IMG/VR virus record: IMGVR_UViG_3300032607_001425
Coordinates: 1-64,000 of that record
Length of the DNA stretch: 64,000 nt
Reading direction: 5' to 3' (one strand)
DNA from: a virus
Shown: positions 28,889 to 37,694 of the stretch, one piece after another
Numbering within the stretch: position 1 is the first letter of the stretch
Layout of the letters: each line of letters opens with the position of its first letter
Program-made: the position numbers and the translations under genes
Notes under the pieces: generated by a model
What the model was told of the DNA's origin: nothing
The model's database searches: none
What the model saw: the letters and a program-made list of their open reading frames with translations, nothing else

Positions 28889-29354
28889 TCAGACCTCCCT
28901 CTTGCTCTGCAAGTTCTACATCAAAGAATTTGATTGCATCTAATGCTTCCATAAAGTCCTCTTTGTCAAAGTGTTTGATATTTTTCATATCCATTTTAGT
29001 TGTCTGACCTTTTGGAAACTTAGCTTTCTCTTCTTCCAGTATCTCTACTGAACTAACTGCAGCCCATCTCCAACTCTCTTTTGCCGTTCCGTCTAGGAAT
29101 ACCATTCCTTTGTTAGGAAGAGTGACTGTTGATGGGAACCAAACTTTCTTATCCTCATCAATGAACATAAGGTCTTTGTATAGTTCTGGTGATGCTTCTA
29201 ATGTTTTGTTTACTAATTCTCCTCCCTCAACCATTAAAGTTGAAGTTGAGTATCCACATCCGAAACAAAAGCTCGTTGTTACTTCTTCACTTACCTGCTG
29301 TTCGTAGCAAGCATTTCCTCCACAGTGTGGACAGATTGACATTTTTTCTTCCAT
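28881..29354 (-). CDS. zinc-ribbon hypothetical protein
   Basis: CPHCG...CFGCG. Confidence 0.7.
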   Translation of the reverse strand: MEEKMSICPHCGGNACYEQQVSEEVTTSFCFGCGYSTSTLMVEGGELVNKTLEASPELYKDLMFIDEDKKVWFPSTVTLPNKGMVFLDGTAKESWRWAAVSSVEILEEEKAKFPKGQTTKMDMKNIKHFDKEDFMEALDAIKFFDVELAEQEGGLNV

Positions 29355-30640
29355 TATACTTTTCTTAATTTTGGTAGTTCAATTTTCTTTAGCTGAGGTA
29401 GTTTTAATTGTACTTGTTTAGGAAACTCAGGTACGTACTGTGTTAGAATAGTATCTAGCGTTTCTCTCATCTTATCGTACGAGAACTCTGTTCTGCTTCG
29501 GTATCCCTGTCTCTTTGCTAATTCCTTATAAACTTTATAATCCTCAAACACATCCTTTAAAGCTTTTCCTACTAAGGCATCGTCTGGAGTAAACCATTGA
29601 CTCTCTTGTAGTATCATTTTATCAACAGCTGCAGATGGGTGTACGTTTGTTAAACTTCCTCCAATTTGTTTTGTAAATTTACTGTCTAAGAAGTCTATAT
29701 GACCTGACCATCCTGATGCTATGATTGGTTTGTTTACTAAACTAAATTCAAGTAATGGTCTTCCAAATCCTTCTCCTTTTGTTAAAGAGATCATTGCTTT
29801 CACCTTAGTGTGATTGTACAGTTCATTTACTTCACCATCAGACATTTCTCCATGAAGAAGATATATGTTTGGTAGTTTTCCTTTTACAGTTTTTCTAATT
29901 GCATCAATTCTATTTAGCACTTCCTCTCTATCCATAATGGACGTTCCTGATCCTGCTTGTACTTTTAGAATAAGTCCTGGCTGATCTTTCTTATTCTTAA
30001 ATGTTTCAAGGAATGCTTTAATAGTATATCCGATATTTTTTCTATCCTCTCCAAGTATTCCTGGAAGCCAATGTCCTACTGTTAGGAAGCAGAATGATTC
30101 GTCTATATTAGAAAGATCTAACTTAGTTGGAAATGCTAACGGAGTGTACTTTTGTATATCAGCTCCTTCAAATACAACCTCTACTTTTGTAGTAAGAGCT
30201 AGAGTTCCTGTTACCTGACCTGTGTTACTATCCTGTATATTGAATTTACTTTCTTCAAATACTTTCTTAGCATGCTGTGCTGATGCTATTACTAGGTCCA
30301 TTCTATTGCATCCTTCGATCCAAGAAGGATCGCAGATTGTAGTTTCTATTCCTGCAGTTACTCCAATACTATACTTACCTACTTTTTGAAATTCATTTGG
30401 TACAGTAATTTGAACCCAAATGTCTGGTTGTTGTGTTAGTTGAGGTATAATTCTGGAAGCTAGTGATTGATTGTTGTGATCCTTTAGATATCCAAATCTC
30501 GTATTACCCCATCTTTGTGATAGGATTTTCACATCGTACTTGTCTAGATCTATAATTGATTGTACAAAATCTCTTGCTCTTGCTCCATATCCTGAATAAG
30601 TGTCAATTGGACAGCTTACTGCTAATGTAGGTTTACTCAT
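29354..30640 (-). CDS. glycosyltransferase family 4
   Basis: SGYG, RKN, GEGFGRPLLE, WSGHIDF. Confidence 0.9.
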   Translation of the reverse strand: MSKPTLAVSCPIDTYSGYGARARDFVQSIIDLDKYDVKILSQRWGNTRFGYLKDHNNQSLASRIIPQLTQQPDIWVQITVPNEFQKVGKYSIGVTAGIETTICDPSWIEGCNRMDLVIASAQHAKKVFEESKFNIQDSNTGQVTGTLALTTKVEVVFEGADIQKYTPLAFPTKLDLSNIDESFCFLTVGHWLPGILGEDRKNIGYTIKAFLETFKNKKDQPGLILKVQAGSGTSIMDREEVLNRIDAIRKTVKGKLPNIYLLHGEMSDGEVNELYNHTKVKAMISLTKGEGFGRPLLEFSLVNKPIIASGWSGHIDFLDSKFTKQIGGSLTNVHPSAAVDKMILQESQWFTPDDALVGKALKDVFEDYKVYKELAKRQGYRSRTEFSYDKMRETLDTILTQYVPEFPKQVQLKLPQLKKIELPKLRKV

Positions 30641-30642
30641 AA

Positions 30643-31575
30643 CTAGTATATTAATTTATGTTTAACGTATTTTTTTGGTCTGTCTGCTATTTTATATACA
30701 TCAAACCTAGATCTAGGAACAAACTTTGCAAATGTTTCATCCATTGCATCAATAACATTTTCACACATTTGACGTGCTGACATTCCTGATTCATCTGACG
30801 TTACCCATTCTCTAGCTAATAGTCCCCTTCTAGTTCTCTCTTCCTTGCCCATATCGTAAACTGTACAAAGAGCTTTTGCTACATCTTCTGGTGCACATCT
30901 GTCATCATATATGTATGGAGTTGGAACTGAACCTACTAAGGAGATGTTTGAAGGATATACAGGCACTGCCCATAGTCCATGATCTCTATAAGTACCTCTA
31001 TGGTTAGAAGGAAAGTCAGAGCTAAAGTCAATCCACTCACCATTGTTATTTGTAAATCTCATCTGATCTTGCATACCTCCTGTTACATTAGCAATAATCA
31101 TTTTACCTGCCATCATAGTTTCAGTTAGAGATAATCCCCATCCTTCGTTTGAAGTGATAAGCATTCCTACATCAGCTATATTATAAAGTAGATTCATTTG
31201 TGGAGTGTCCAATCTCTCTTGAGAGAAGAATACATTTACATAACTGTCATCACAAACTGCTTCTCTTACTGCATAAAGATCTGTACCATTTTCATCTACA
31301 GCTTGTGTATGCATTACTAAAGCACATTTCTTAGCTTCTTCTTCTCCAATCATATCACAGAACATTCTGTATGACAAAATTACATCTCCTGGAGATTTTC
31401 TTCTAATGTTTCTTGAATTGAAGAATGCTACGAATTCAATATCCTTTCCTTGGAATAGATTCTTCTTAAACTGATCTAGAAGTTTAATATCTTCTACTGA
31501 AGTCATTGGAAAGAAATGTTCGTGGTTTATTCCATGAGGAACATACTTTGCTATTGTTTTTCTTTTTTCTTGCAT
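30643..31575 (-). CDS. glycosyltransferase family 4, C-terminal half of split gene
   Basis: begins YVPHGIN; RNIRRK; EGWGLSLTE; GGMQDQ. Confidence 0.85.
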   Translation of the reverse strand: MQEKRKTIAKYVPHGINHEHFFPMTSVEDIKLLDQFKKNLFQGKDIEFVAFFNSRNIRRKSPGDVILSYRMFCDMIGEEEAKKCALVMHTQAVDENGTDLYAVREAVCDDSYVNVFFSQERLDTPQMNLLYNIADVGMLITSNEGWGLSLTETMMAGKMIIANVTGGMQDQMRFTNNNGEWIDFSSDFPSNHRGTYRDHGLWAVPVYPSNISLVGSVPTPYIYDDRCAPEDVAKALCTVYDMGKEERTRRGLLAREWVTSDESGMSARQMCENVIDAMDETFAKFVPRSRFDVYKIADRPKKYVKHKLIY

Positions 31576-31700
31576 AACTTTTCTTTTATTATTATTTCTA
31601 AATATTTTGTAATCTTAAGTCCATTTTCTAAGCAATGTGCTTTCAAAATGGCATAGACATCCTCACCTATATTTACTGATTTATTTTTAAATACTTCCAT
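31551..31700 (-). CDS. ribbon-helix-helix-like small protein
   Basis: not in ORF track; MEVFKNKSVNIGEDVYAILKAHCLENGLKITKYLEIIIKEKLCKKKEKQ. Confidence 0.6.
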   Translation of the reverse strand: MEVFKNKSVNIGEDVYAILKAHCLENGLKITKYLEIIIKEKLCKKKEKQ

Positions 31701-31701
31701 T

Positions 31702-32370
31702 CTATAATTTATTACTTTTTAGTACATTTTCCAACCAAGGAATCATTTTCAAATTTAAAATATTCCCTATCTCCTCAGCTGGTATTTTATTGATAAATCC
31801 TAGAGAGATTGGATAAATGTGATCTAATTGATAAGCTCCTCCTTTTCCACTTTGTCCTCTCTTACTGAAATTCTCTAAAAGATGTATTGGCTGCTGTCTT
31901 GTTATTGCAAATACTTTTAGATAGTAAAGCCTTTTCTCTGTTTGCAAAGCTTCCCATTCACCTTTTTCCAATGTAGGATAAAATCTTGCAACATTTATCT
32001 GTCTTCGCTTATCGCTATACTCTTCGCAATTCATAGCATCCTTAAAAGCTTTTGACTGCTTATGTGACTTACTAAGATTATCTCTCCATTCTTGGGAGAA
32101 TATCTCCCTAGACCTTCCAGTTAGCTTTTCAGAATGACTCTGCTTTAGTTTAGCTGCTAGCTCTTCTCCGTAAATCTCTTCATATGTTTTTCCTTTTCTA
32201 TAAGCAGAAACTGCCTTTCCTATTTTCTCGTAATGCTCTTTTGTCCTTCTTAAAGCTATACAACTTTTGCAGGAAGTATTTGATTTCGAAGCAACTCGAT
32301 GTCCTTCGTATCCTTTATAGAGAATTTCTCTATTACAAGTTGGGCAATTTCTGTTAAATATATCTTTCAT
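31702..32370 (-). CDS. HNH homing endonuclease
   Basis: CPTC...CKSC; KGKTYEEIYG repeat; AYQLDHIYPI...NLKMIPWxEN. Confidence 0.85.
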   Translation of the reverse strand: MKDIFNRNCPTCNREILYKGYEGHRVASKSNTSCKSCIALRRTKEHYEKIGKAVSAYRKGKTYEEIYGEELAAKLKQSHSEKLTGRSREIFSQEWRDNLSKSHKQSKAFKDAMNCEEYSDKRRQINVARFYPTLEKGEWEALQTEKRLYYLKVFAITRQQPIHLLENFSKRGQSGKGGAYQLDHIYPISLGFINKIPAEEIGNILNLKMIPWLENVLKSNKL

Positions 32371-32429
32371 ATTACTCTTTATTATAAATAGCTAGTAAAA
32401 AGAAAAACATTAAAAAACATTAAAAAACA

Positions 32430-32981
32430 TTACTTTAAATCTAAGTCAACTATCTCCATATTAGAACGTTCTAATAAGATTTTAGTCATAGCTTTTGTCT
32501 GTTTTGAGATACACATATGTAAATCACATGATTCATAATAAGCCTGATTGTACAAAGGAACTGGCCAATCATCCCAGATTGAATAGTACATTAGTGGAAT
32601 TTCATTTCTTAGCTCTCTCTCAATTTCAAATAACCAAGTCCAGTATCTTGGATCTGTAAAGATAAAGATTGCATCTGGCTTTTCTTGAGCAATTAACGAT
32701 CTAATCTGCATTGCATCTCCATACCCATTATTAGGAAGTACTTTTACATCTGCATCTTGTATTGCATTTAACTTATTGACTTCTGCAGATATATCAAATC
32801 CCTTTCCTGCTTCTGGATGGTTGATAGCTGCTCCTAGATTTACCCAGTTGAAGTGGTGAGATGTTCCTACGACAATCTCTCGGGCCATTGTTGCGATACC
32901 GGAATGCATCCTAATATCATCACATAGCAGAAGAATCTTCTTACGATCCTCCTTCTTAACATAGCGAAACTTTTCTTTCAT
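32430..32981 (-). CDS. glycosyltransferase family 4, N-terminal half of split gene
   Basis: KILLLCDDIRMHSG, EKPDA, TDPRY, IWD, CISKQT then an early stop. Confidence 0.85.
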   Translation of the reverse strand: MKEKFRYVKKEDRKKILLLCDDIRMHSGIATMAREIVVGTSHHFNWVNLGAAINHPEAGKGFDISAEVNKLNAIQDADVKVLPNNGYGDAMQIRSLIAQEKPDAIFIFTDPRYWTWLFEIERELRNEIPLMYYSIWDDWPVPLYNQAYYESCDLHMCISKQTKAMTKILLERSNMEIVDLDLK

Positions 32982-32985
32982 GTAA

Positions 32986-33168
32986 CTATTTTAATTTAAT
33001 ATTTGTTTGTGTGTGTAACTTTTGCTTGAACTCCTCTTGTGTAAGATACAGAAAAATTGCTCTGTCTACAAGCTTCTGTAACGAAAATTTATATCGTACG
33101 CATTGTTCTTTAAATTCCTGTAGAAGCTCCTCTTCTACTTTAACTGATGTTAATTTTTTTGTGTTCAT
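32986..33168 (-). CDS. ribbon-helix-helix DNA-binding protein
   Basis: LTSVKV-x-FK..C....SLQKLVDRAI. Confidence 0.65.
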   Translation of the reverse strand: MNTKKLTSVKVEEELLQEFKEQCVRYKFSLQKLVDRAIFLYLTQEEFKQKLHTQTNIKLK

Positions 33169-33201
33169 AGTTTATTTGTTTATTATATATAAATATATAC
33201 T

Positions 33202-34143
33202 CTAAACAAAAACACCTGCATGACAATGTTCAGTACCCTTAAAGTCACAAAACATACAGTTGGACTTGGATGGCTTCTTATCATACTCCTTATCAATATA
33301 CTTTCCATCCGAGTCAAAAGCATCCTCAATAAATTTTGTAAGAGCTGTAGTGGCTTGACCTCTTTTAATCTTTCCTGAGGGTGGTGCAAACTCTTGAACC
33401 CTTCTCCCCATTGCTGGATAGTCTGGATCAGCTGGTACTTTTCTTTTTACGATGAAGTACTTTACATTTACTTTATCTACGTCTAAGTTAAATTGTCTTG
33501 CTAAGAATTCTTTATACAGAAGTAGTTGTGCTAATTTTTTATCATCTTTCTTTGCATACTCATTCCATCCTGAGGTAGATGTTTTAATGTCTAGGATGAT
33601 GTATTTGTCTTCTTGCTGATCGTATAGTACGATGTCGATAAATCCTTTGAAGAAAACATTGTTAGCTATTTTATGTATTAATGGAATTTCTACTCCAACC
33701 AACTTATAATACTTGGTTCCAAAGTAACTAGAGCGTTTCTTACGAACGTATTCTAAAATCTCAGTACCGTCACTAAGAAACTCCGAAAGCTGTTCAGAAC
33801 TAGAAAAGTGTTGTCCATAATTATCCTTCTCTTGGGTATACAAATCAAACAATCTATCATATAGCATACCAGCAAGATCCATCTCATTTGATTTCTTTAC
33901 CATTCCATCATACAATTCGGTAAGCCATGCTTGCATAACTTCATGCAATGCTGTACCAAAGATTAGATGTATCGAAGGTTTTTGTATTTTTAACTTCTTT
34001 ATGTACGATAAGCTCCATTGGTGTGGACAAGTACTGTAAGATAGTGTTTGGCTGTATGAGATTGATTTTTGATTAGCATAATCTATGGCCGGAGTAATGT
34101 GTCCTTTTATAAGCTCTACTTGCTTAATAGTCTTCTTTGCCAT
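33202..34143 (-). CDS. PD-(D/E)XK exonuclease (RecB/Cas4-like)
   Basis: SYSQ..CP, FGTALH, GFID, DIKT, QLxLY, CxFC..C. Confidence 0.85.
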   Translation of the reverse strand: MAKKTIKQVELIKGHITPAIDYANQKSISYSQTLSYSTCPHQWSLSYIKKLKIQKPSIHLIFGTALHEVMQAWLTELYDGMVKKSNEMDLAGMLYDRLFDLYTQEKDNYGQHFSSSEQLSEFLSDGTEILEYVRKKRSSYFGTKYYKLVGVEIPLIHKIANNVFFKGFIDIVLYDQQEDKYIILDIKTSTSGWNEYAKKDDKKLAQLLLYKEFLARQFNLDVDKVNVKYFIVKRKVPADPDYPAMGRRVQEFAPPSGKIKRGQATTALTKFIEDAFDSDGKYIDKEYDKKPSKSNCMFCDFKGTEHCHAGVFV

Positions 34144-34396
34144 CTTTCTTTAGTGCTTTAATTTCTCTTTTTAAATACCAAAGAGCTTTTTCTAATTCCT
34201 GAACTATGTTGTCTTTTTTTCCTGCTCTGGAAATATACTTGATGGTATTTCCTAAACAGAAACCTAAGTCCCATGCTTCAATCACTTTTATCGCTTCGTA
34301 CTTGTTGTCTTTTCCTCCGTAGTGTTGAGGATGATCAACCATTTTGTTTATAACCTTTTCTTTGATAAGAGGTTTTACATCACTGTTCTTTGTCAT
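34124..34396 (-). CDS. DUF3310 family protein
   Basis: VDHPQHY, EAIxVI, GFCLGNxIKYxxRAGKK, KAxWYL. Confidence 0.85.
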   Translation of the reverse strand: MTKNSDVKPLIKEKVINKMVDHPQHYGGKDNKYEAIKVIEAWDLGFCLGNTIKYISRAGKKDNIVQELEKALWYLKREIKALKKDGKEDY

Positions 34397-34458
34397 ATCA
34401 TACTTTATATAGATATAATATACAAAAAAAGACTTGCGTGTGCAAGCCTTTGTTTATT

Positions 34459-35097
34459 TTATTTTTTTAGTCTTATCTTCCAATAAATACCTCCTTGTAC
34501 ACAGACTGCCTTATTGATACCATACCCTACTCCTAACGAGTAAATATGGTCCTGCTTAGTTTTTAATAACACAGAAGGTCCTATAAAGTTTACAACATTT
34601 ACTTTATCAAATCCAGCTGTACCTCCAACATATAATTGAACTTTAGGTAATTCTTTTACAATGGTAACATCGTGAATTATCTTTTGGTTAATTTTAGAAT
34701 TCCAAGTTCTTGCTACTATTTTGTTTTGAGATATAGTATCTGTAACATTTACTGTACCTAAATTATCATCTAATCTTAAAGTATCTTTAAAAGTATACTT
34801 GGCATAATAATCATTTAGTACCTCAGTGGTATCTATCTTAGTTGGTAATTCAACATATATAGGCTTATCTCTCCATATAGTCCTACCATCCTTATAAACT
34901 GTTTTAGTTTTTACAATTGTAACTGTATCGATGGTATGTTTTAGTACTTCGTAGGTTTTACCATCTACTTTAATTGTAGGTGATGTTGATTGTTGTCCTG
35001 ATGAGCAGGTTTTTGTTAAAAGCAATGCTAGGATTAATCCTACTATTAATATTGATTTTAAGTCTAATCCTAATAAGAATTTTTTAATTTGATTCAT
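34459..35097 (-). CDS. membrane-anchored lysis-associated protein (spanin-like candidate)
   Basis: N-terminal TM followed by Cys, DT repeats, C-terminal beta strands; in lysis cassette. Confidence 0.55.
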   Translation of the reverse strand: MNQIKKFLLGLDLKSILIVGLILALLLTKTCSSGQQSTSPTIKVDGKTYEVLKHTIDTVTIVKTKTVYKDGRTIWRDKPIYVELPTKIDTTEVLNDYYAKYTFKDTLRLDDNLGTVNVTDTISQNKIVARTWNSKINQKIIHDVTIVKELPKVQLYVGGTAGFDKVNVVNFIGPSVLLKTKQDHIYSLGVGYGINKAVCVQGGIYWKIRLKK

Positions 35098-35515
35098 AGT
35101 TCTCTCTCTCTCCTTTATGTTTGTCTAACTTATCCAATATTTGAGTCACTAATTCATTTTTAACTATACCTACCATTGAAGCATTTTTTAAAATAGAAAT
35201 TAATTGGAATACTAAGAATGGGGCCATGATAGTTTCACTTAACCAAGATGTTCCCTTAAATCCTTTTTCTATTGATAAAATTGCTGATAGCATTATTATC
35301 CAAAAGCCAAATGTTTTTAGCACACTTAATGCTTTTCTGGTTTGAAAACCCTCTCTTTTAACTCCTGCCCATATACCAAAAAAACCATCAGCAAAAATAA
35401 CTAACCCTACAGCTAGAAATTGTTCGATGTTATCTACTGTTAGATGCATAAAATATGTACCTATAAAAGCTAATGCTGTTGTCAATGATAATGTAATTAG
35501 TAGTGATGTTTTCAT
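35084..35515 (-). CDS. holin
   Basis: 3-4 TM segments, DxxxG motif, SILKNA; adjacent to endolysin. Confidence 0.7.
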   Translation of the reverse strand: MKTSLLITLSLTTALAFIGTYFMHLTVDNIEQFLAVGLVIFADGFFGIWAGVKREGFQTRKALSVLKTFGFWIIMLSAILSIEKGFKGTSWLSETIMAPFLVFQLISILKNASMVGIVKNELVTQILDKLDKHKGERENYESN

Positions 35516-35526
35516 GTTACAGTAAC

Positions 35527-36141
35527 TTATTTAACGTATTCGTAATATTTTTTAGTTTTCTCTGAGCGATCTGCTAATCCATGAGTACCACCGTTAATTT
35601 TTTTTGTAAGAGCTATGATCGAAGCATCGTTCACTCCTTGATCACATATTGACCATAATTTATTTTTATCAAAAAAGAACATCGCTGATTCAAAAGAGTA
35701 TGTAGTTGCTACTAAATCTGGATTTGTCATGATCTCTGGTTTTTTCAAGTAATCAGAAAAAGCTCGGTAGTTTTCTTTACCTGTTAATTGAAGAGCTCCC
35801 CTTCCTCTGAACTTATATCCATCTCCTGAAGTTGAAAGGCCATTTCCCATTCTCCCTGCATATACCCTATTGGCAATCTTCTCGGGGTTTTTTTCAAAAA
35901 ACTTAGCTGTTGCCTCATTTATAAAATACTTTTTAAATGTAGTAACTAGTCCTTTTGCTGAGTAGTTTAAGTTTTCTGCGAATGCAGTAAACCCTCCTGT
36001 TTCGTGTGCGGTTTGAGCAAAAAAATGTGCTGCCCTAACTGGAGTTAATTTGTAAAACTCCATCGCCTTTTTCATTGTTCCTGGACCGAAGGACCCATCA
36101 GCTCCTACTCCAATTTTTTGTTGTAAACTTTTTAAACTCAT
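35527..36141 (-). CDS. endolysin, glycoside hydrolase family 19
   Basis: HFFAQTAHET, ENLNYS, RGRGALQLTG, INGGTHGL. Confidence 0.9.
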   Translation of the reverse strand: MSLKSLQQKIGVGADGSFGPGTMKKAMEFYKLTPVRAAHFFAQTAHETGGFTAFAENLNYSAKGLVTTFKKYFINEATAKFFEKNPEKIANRVYAGRMGNGLSTSGDGYKFRGRGALQLTGKENYRAFSDYLKKPEIMTNPDLVATTYSFESAMFFFDKNKLWSICDQGVNDASIIALTKKINGGTHGLADRSEKTKKYYEYVK

Positions 36142-36148
36142 AATTTAA

Positions 36149-36469
36149 TTATTCTTGTACTGGTTCCTCTTGTACTGGCTCTTCCTTTTTAGGTTCTGGA
36201 ACAAATCTCTCTAATCCAGCAATTCCAAATGATCCCAATGTAATATACATGAACGCATCAAATACGTTGTTGTTTATAGCAAGTACTCTATTGATACATC
36301 CTGCTACTAGGTCTACCATCATTACAATTGTCATCACTGTAAATGATAGAAAGCCAACTACTGTTTTTTCATTATAGTCGTTTGATTTTTTAAAGATGTC
36401 TTTAAATGCCATAATATATTTTATAAGGTTAGTTAACCTATAACCAATTTGGCGTAACGTGCTTTTCAT
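36149..36469 (-). CDS. small 2-TM membrane protein in lysis cassette
   Basis: likely start at MAFKDIFK; two hydrophobic helices. Confidence 0.7.
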   Translation of the reverse strand: MKSTLRQIGYRLTNLIKYIMAFKDIFKKSNDYNEKTVVGFLSFTVMTIVMMVDLVAGCINRVLAINNNVFDAFMYITLGSFGIAGLERFVPEPKKEEPVQEEPVQE

Positions 36470-36495
36470 ACAAACTATTTAATATAAATAGCAAC

Positions 36496-36521
36496 AAAAA
36501 AAAGAGGCACAAGGCCTCTTT
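36496..36521 (-). terminator. intrinsic terminator
   Basis: AAAGAGGC-CTTGT-GCCTCTTT followed by T-run on minus strand. Confidence 0.7.
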
Positions 36522-36542
36522 GATGTTTAAGTAAACTGTGCC

Positions 36543-36776
36543 TTACTGTCCAATATTGAGATGCTTTAGCTCCTTTGGAAGAAATTCTGTATTAACATGG
36601 CCGCAGGCCTTACACGCGAATACTGGTATTGGCATGTACGTGGTTTGTCCTGTACCTGTTAATATTCCCGATGCTTTTCTAATGTGAAGAGCTTCTTCAA
36701 AAAATGTATGATTACATTTCTCACACTCTACCGGTAGTGTTTGGTCAATCGATAGATTCATTTGTGGTTGCTGCAT
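36543..36776 (-). CDS. zinc-ribbon protein
   Basis: CEKC...CKACG. Confidence 0.75.
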   Translation of the reverse strand: MQQPQMNLSIDQTLPVECEKCNHTFFEEALHIRKASGILTGTGQTTYMPIPVFACKACGHVNTEFLPKELKHLNIGQ

Positions 36777-36782
36777 TTTATT

Positions 36783-37031
36783 TTATTTTGTATTACATAA
36801 TTCATCTACCTTAATAGCATCTGCTGCTATTTGAAACACAACTACAGGTGAGAGGTTTGGACCTTGCTTTGATATTTCAACAACTTTTGCTAGAAGATCT
36901 TTAGTAAGAGATATATGCTCACTTGCGTGTAGTATCTGTACAATAGTACCCACACTTGTTTGGTGTTGTGTACTATCAACAAACGATGGATCTTGTTGCA
37001 ACTGTTCGTATTTGGCTCTTGAATTGGACAT
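36783..37031 (-). CDS. hypothetical protein
   Basis: 82 aa ORF in operon. Confidence 0.6.
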   Translation of the reverse strand: MSNSRAKYEQLQQDPSFVDSTQHQTSVGTIVQILHASEHISLTKDLLAKVVEISKQGPNLSPVVVFQIAADAIKVDELCNTK

Positions 37032-37426
37032 TATTTGTTCTTTCTAGGGTAGTATTTTCTTTTGCTCTTAGCCTTATCAATAGGCGACTCTGGCTTTGTA
37101 GGATTGTCCTTTTTGATTTGCTCCACTATTGCCTCAACGTTTACTGTTCCCATTTGTGGTGCTGCTTTGGCAATGTGCACTACTTTGTCGATAACTTGTG
37201 GTGTGATGTCTTGTGATGTTACCTCTTTGGTGTTAGCACATACCTTAGGTGCAGTTGGACGTAGTTGTTTGTCAAAAAGTTCTTGTGCCACTTCTTCGAT
37301 TTGTTCGTTGTCAAAGTCTAGTTTGAATTGTGACATGGGTTTTATTCCTCTTTGTAAATTGTATCCAATGATTGAGGCTACTATTGAGATAGCTATTACT
37401 AGAATAATTGATGTGAAAATTGTCAT
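37031..37426 (-). CDS. membrane-anchored hypothetical protein
   Basis: N-terminal TM, basic C-terminus. Confidence 0.65.
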   Translation of the reverse strand: MTIFTSIILVIAISIVASIIGYNLQRGIKPMSQFKLDFDNEQIEEVAQELFDKQLRPTAPKVCANTKEVTSQDITPQVIDKVVHIAKAAPQMGTVNVEAIVEQIKKDNPTKPESPIDKAKSKRKYYPRKNK

Positions 37427-37504
37427 ATGTTTATTTGTTGGTTAAAATTTGCGCGTGACACCTTCGGTGAGGAGGTTTGCGCCACCTCACCTCTCGGTCT
37501 CTTG

Positions 37505-37672
37505 TTATTTACTCTCTACTGTTGAAGCTTTTCTGTAATCTGTGATTAATTTTTTAACCTCTCCAATTTGCTTTCTTGCTTGTGCTTGAGATTTCTTAGT
37601 AGTACCATTGTGCTCTTTTGCGAAACTCTGATACAGCTCATCGATTTGTTCGAATAATTCTTGCTTGTTCAT
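37505..37672 (-). CDS. histone H1-like (Hc1-type) nucleoid protein
   Basis: not in ORF track; MNKQELFEQIDELYQSFAKEHNGTTKKSQAQARKQIGEVKKLITDYRKASTVESK. Confidence 0.65.
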   Translation of the reverse strand: MNKQELFEQIDELYQSFAKEHNGTTKKSQAQARKQIGEVKKLITDYRKASTVESK

Positions 37673-37694
37673 TTTTATTTATTTTTAATTAATA

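Noticed and set aside
32394-32421. AAAAACATT x3 repeat
   Set aside because: Short low-complexity slippage at an insertion boundary with no further signal.
31576-32429. Group I intron in the GT4 gene
   Set aside because: The intervening DNA is almost entirely coding, no intron core is visible, and both halves have their own start and stop.
33202-34143. Cas4 as part of a CRISPR system
   Set aside because: Stand-alone PD-(D/E)XK nuclease common in phages; no array or cas1/cas2.
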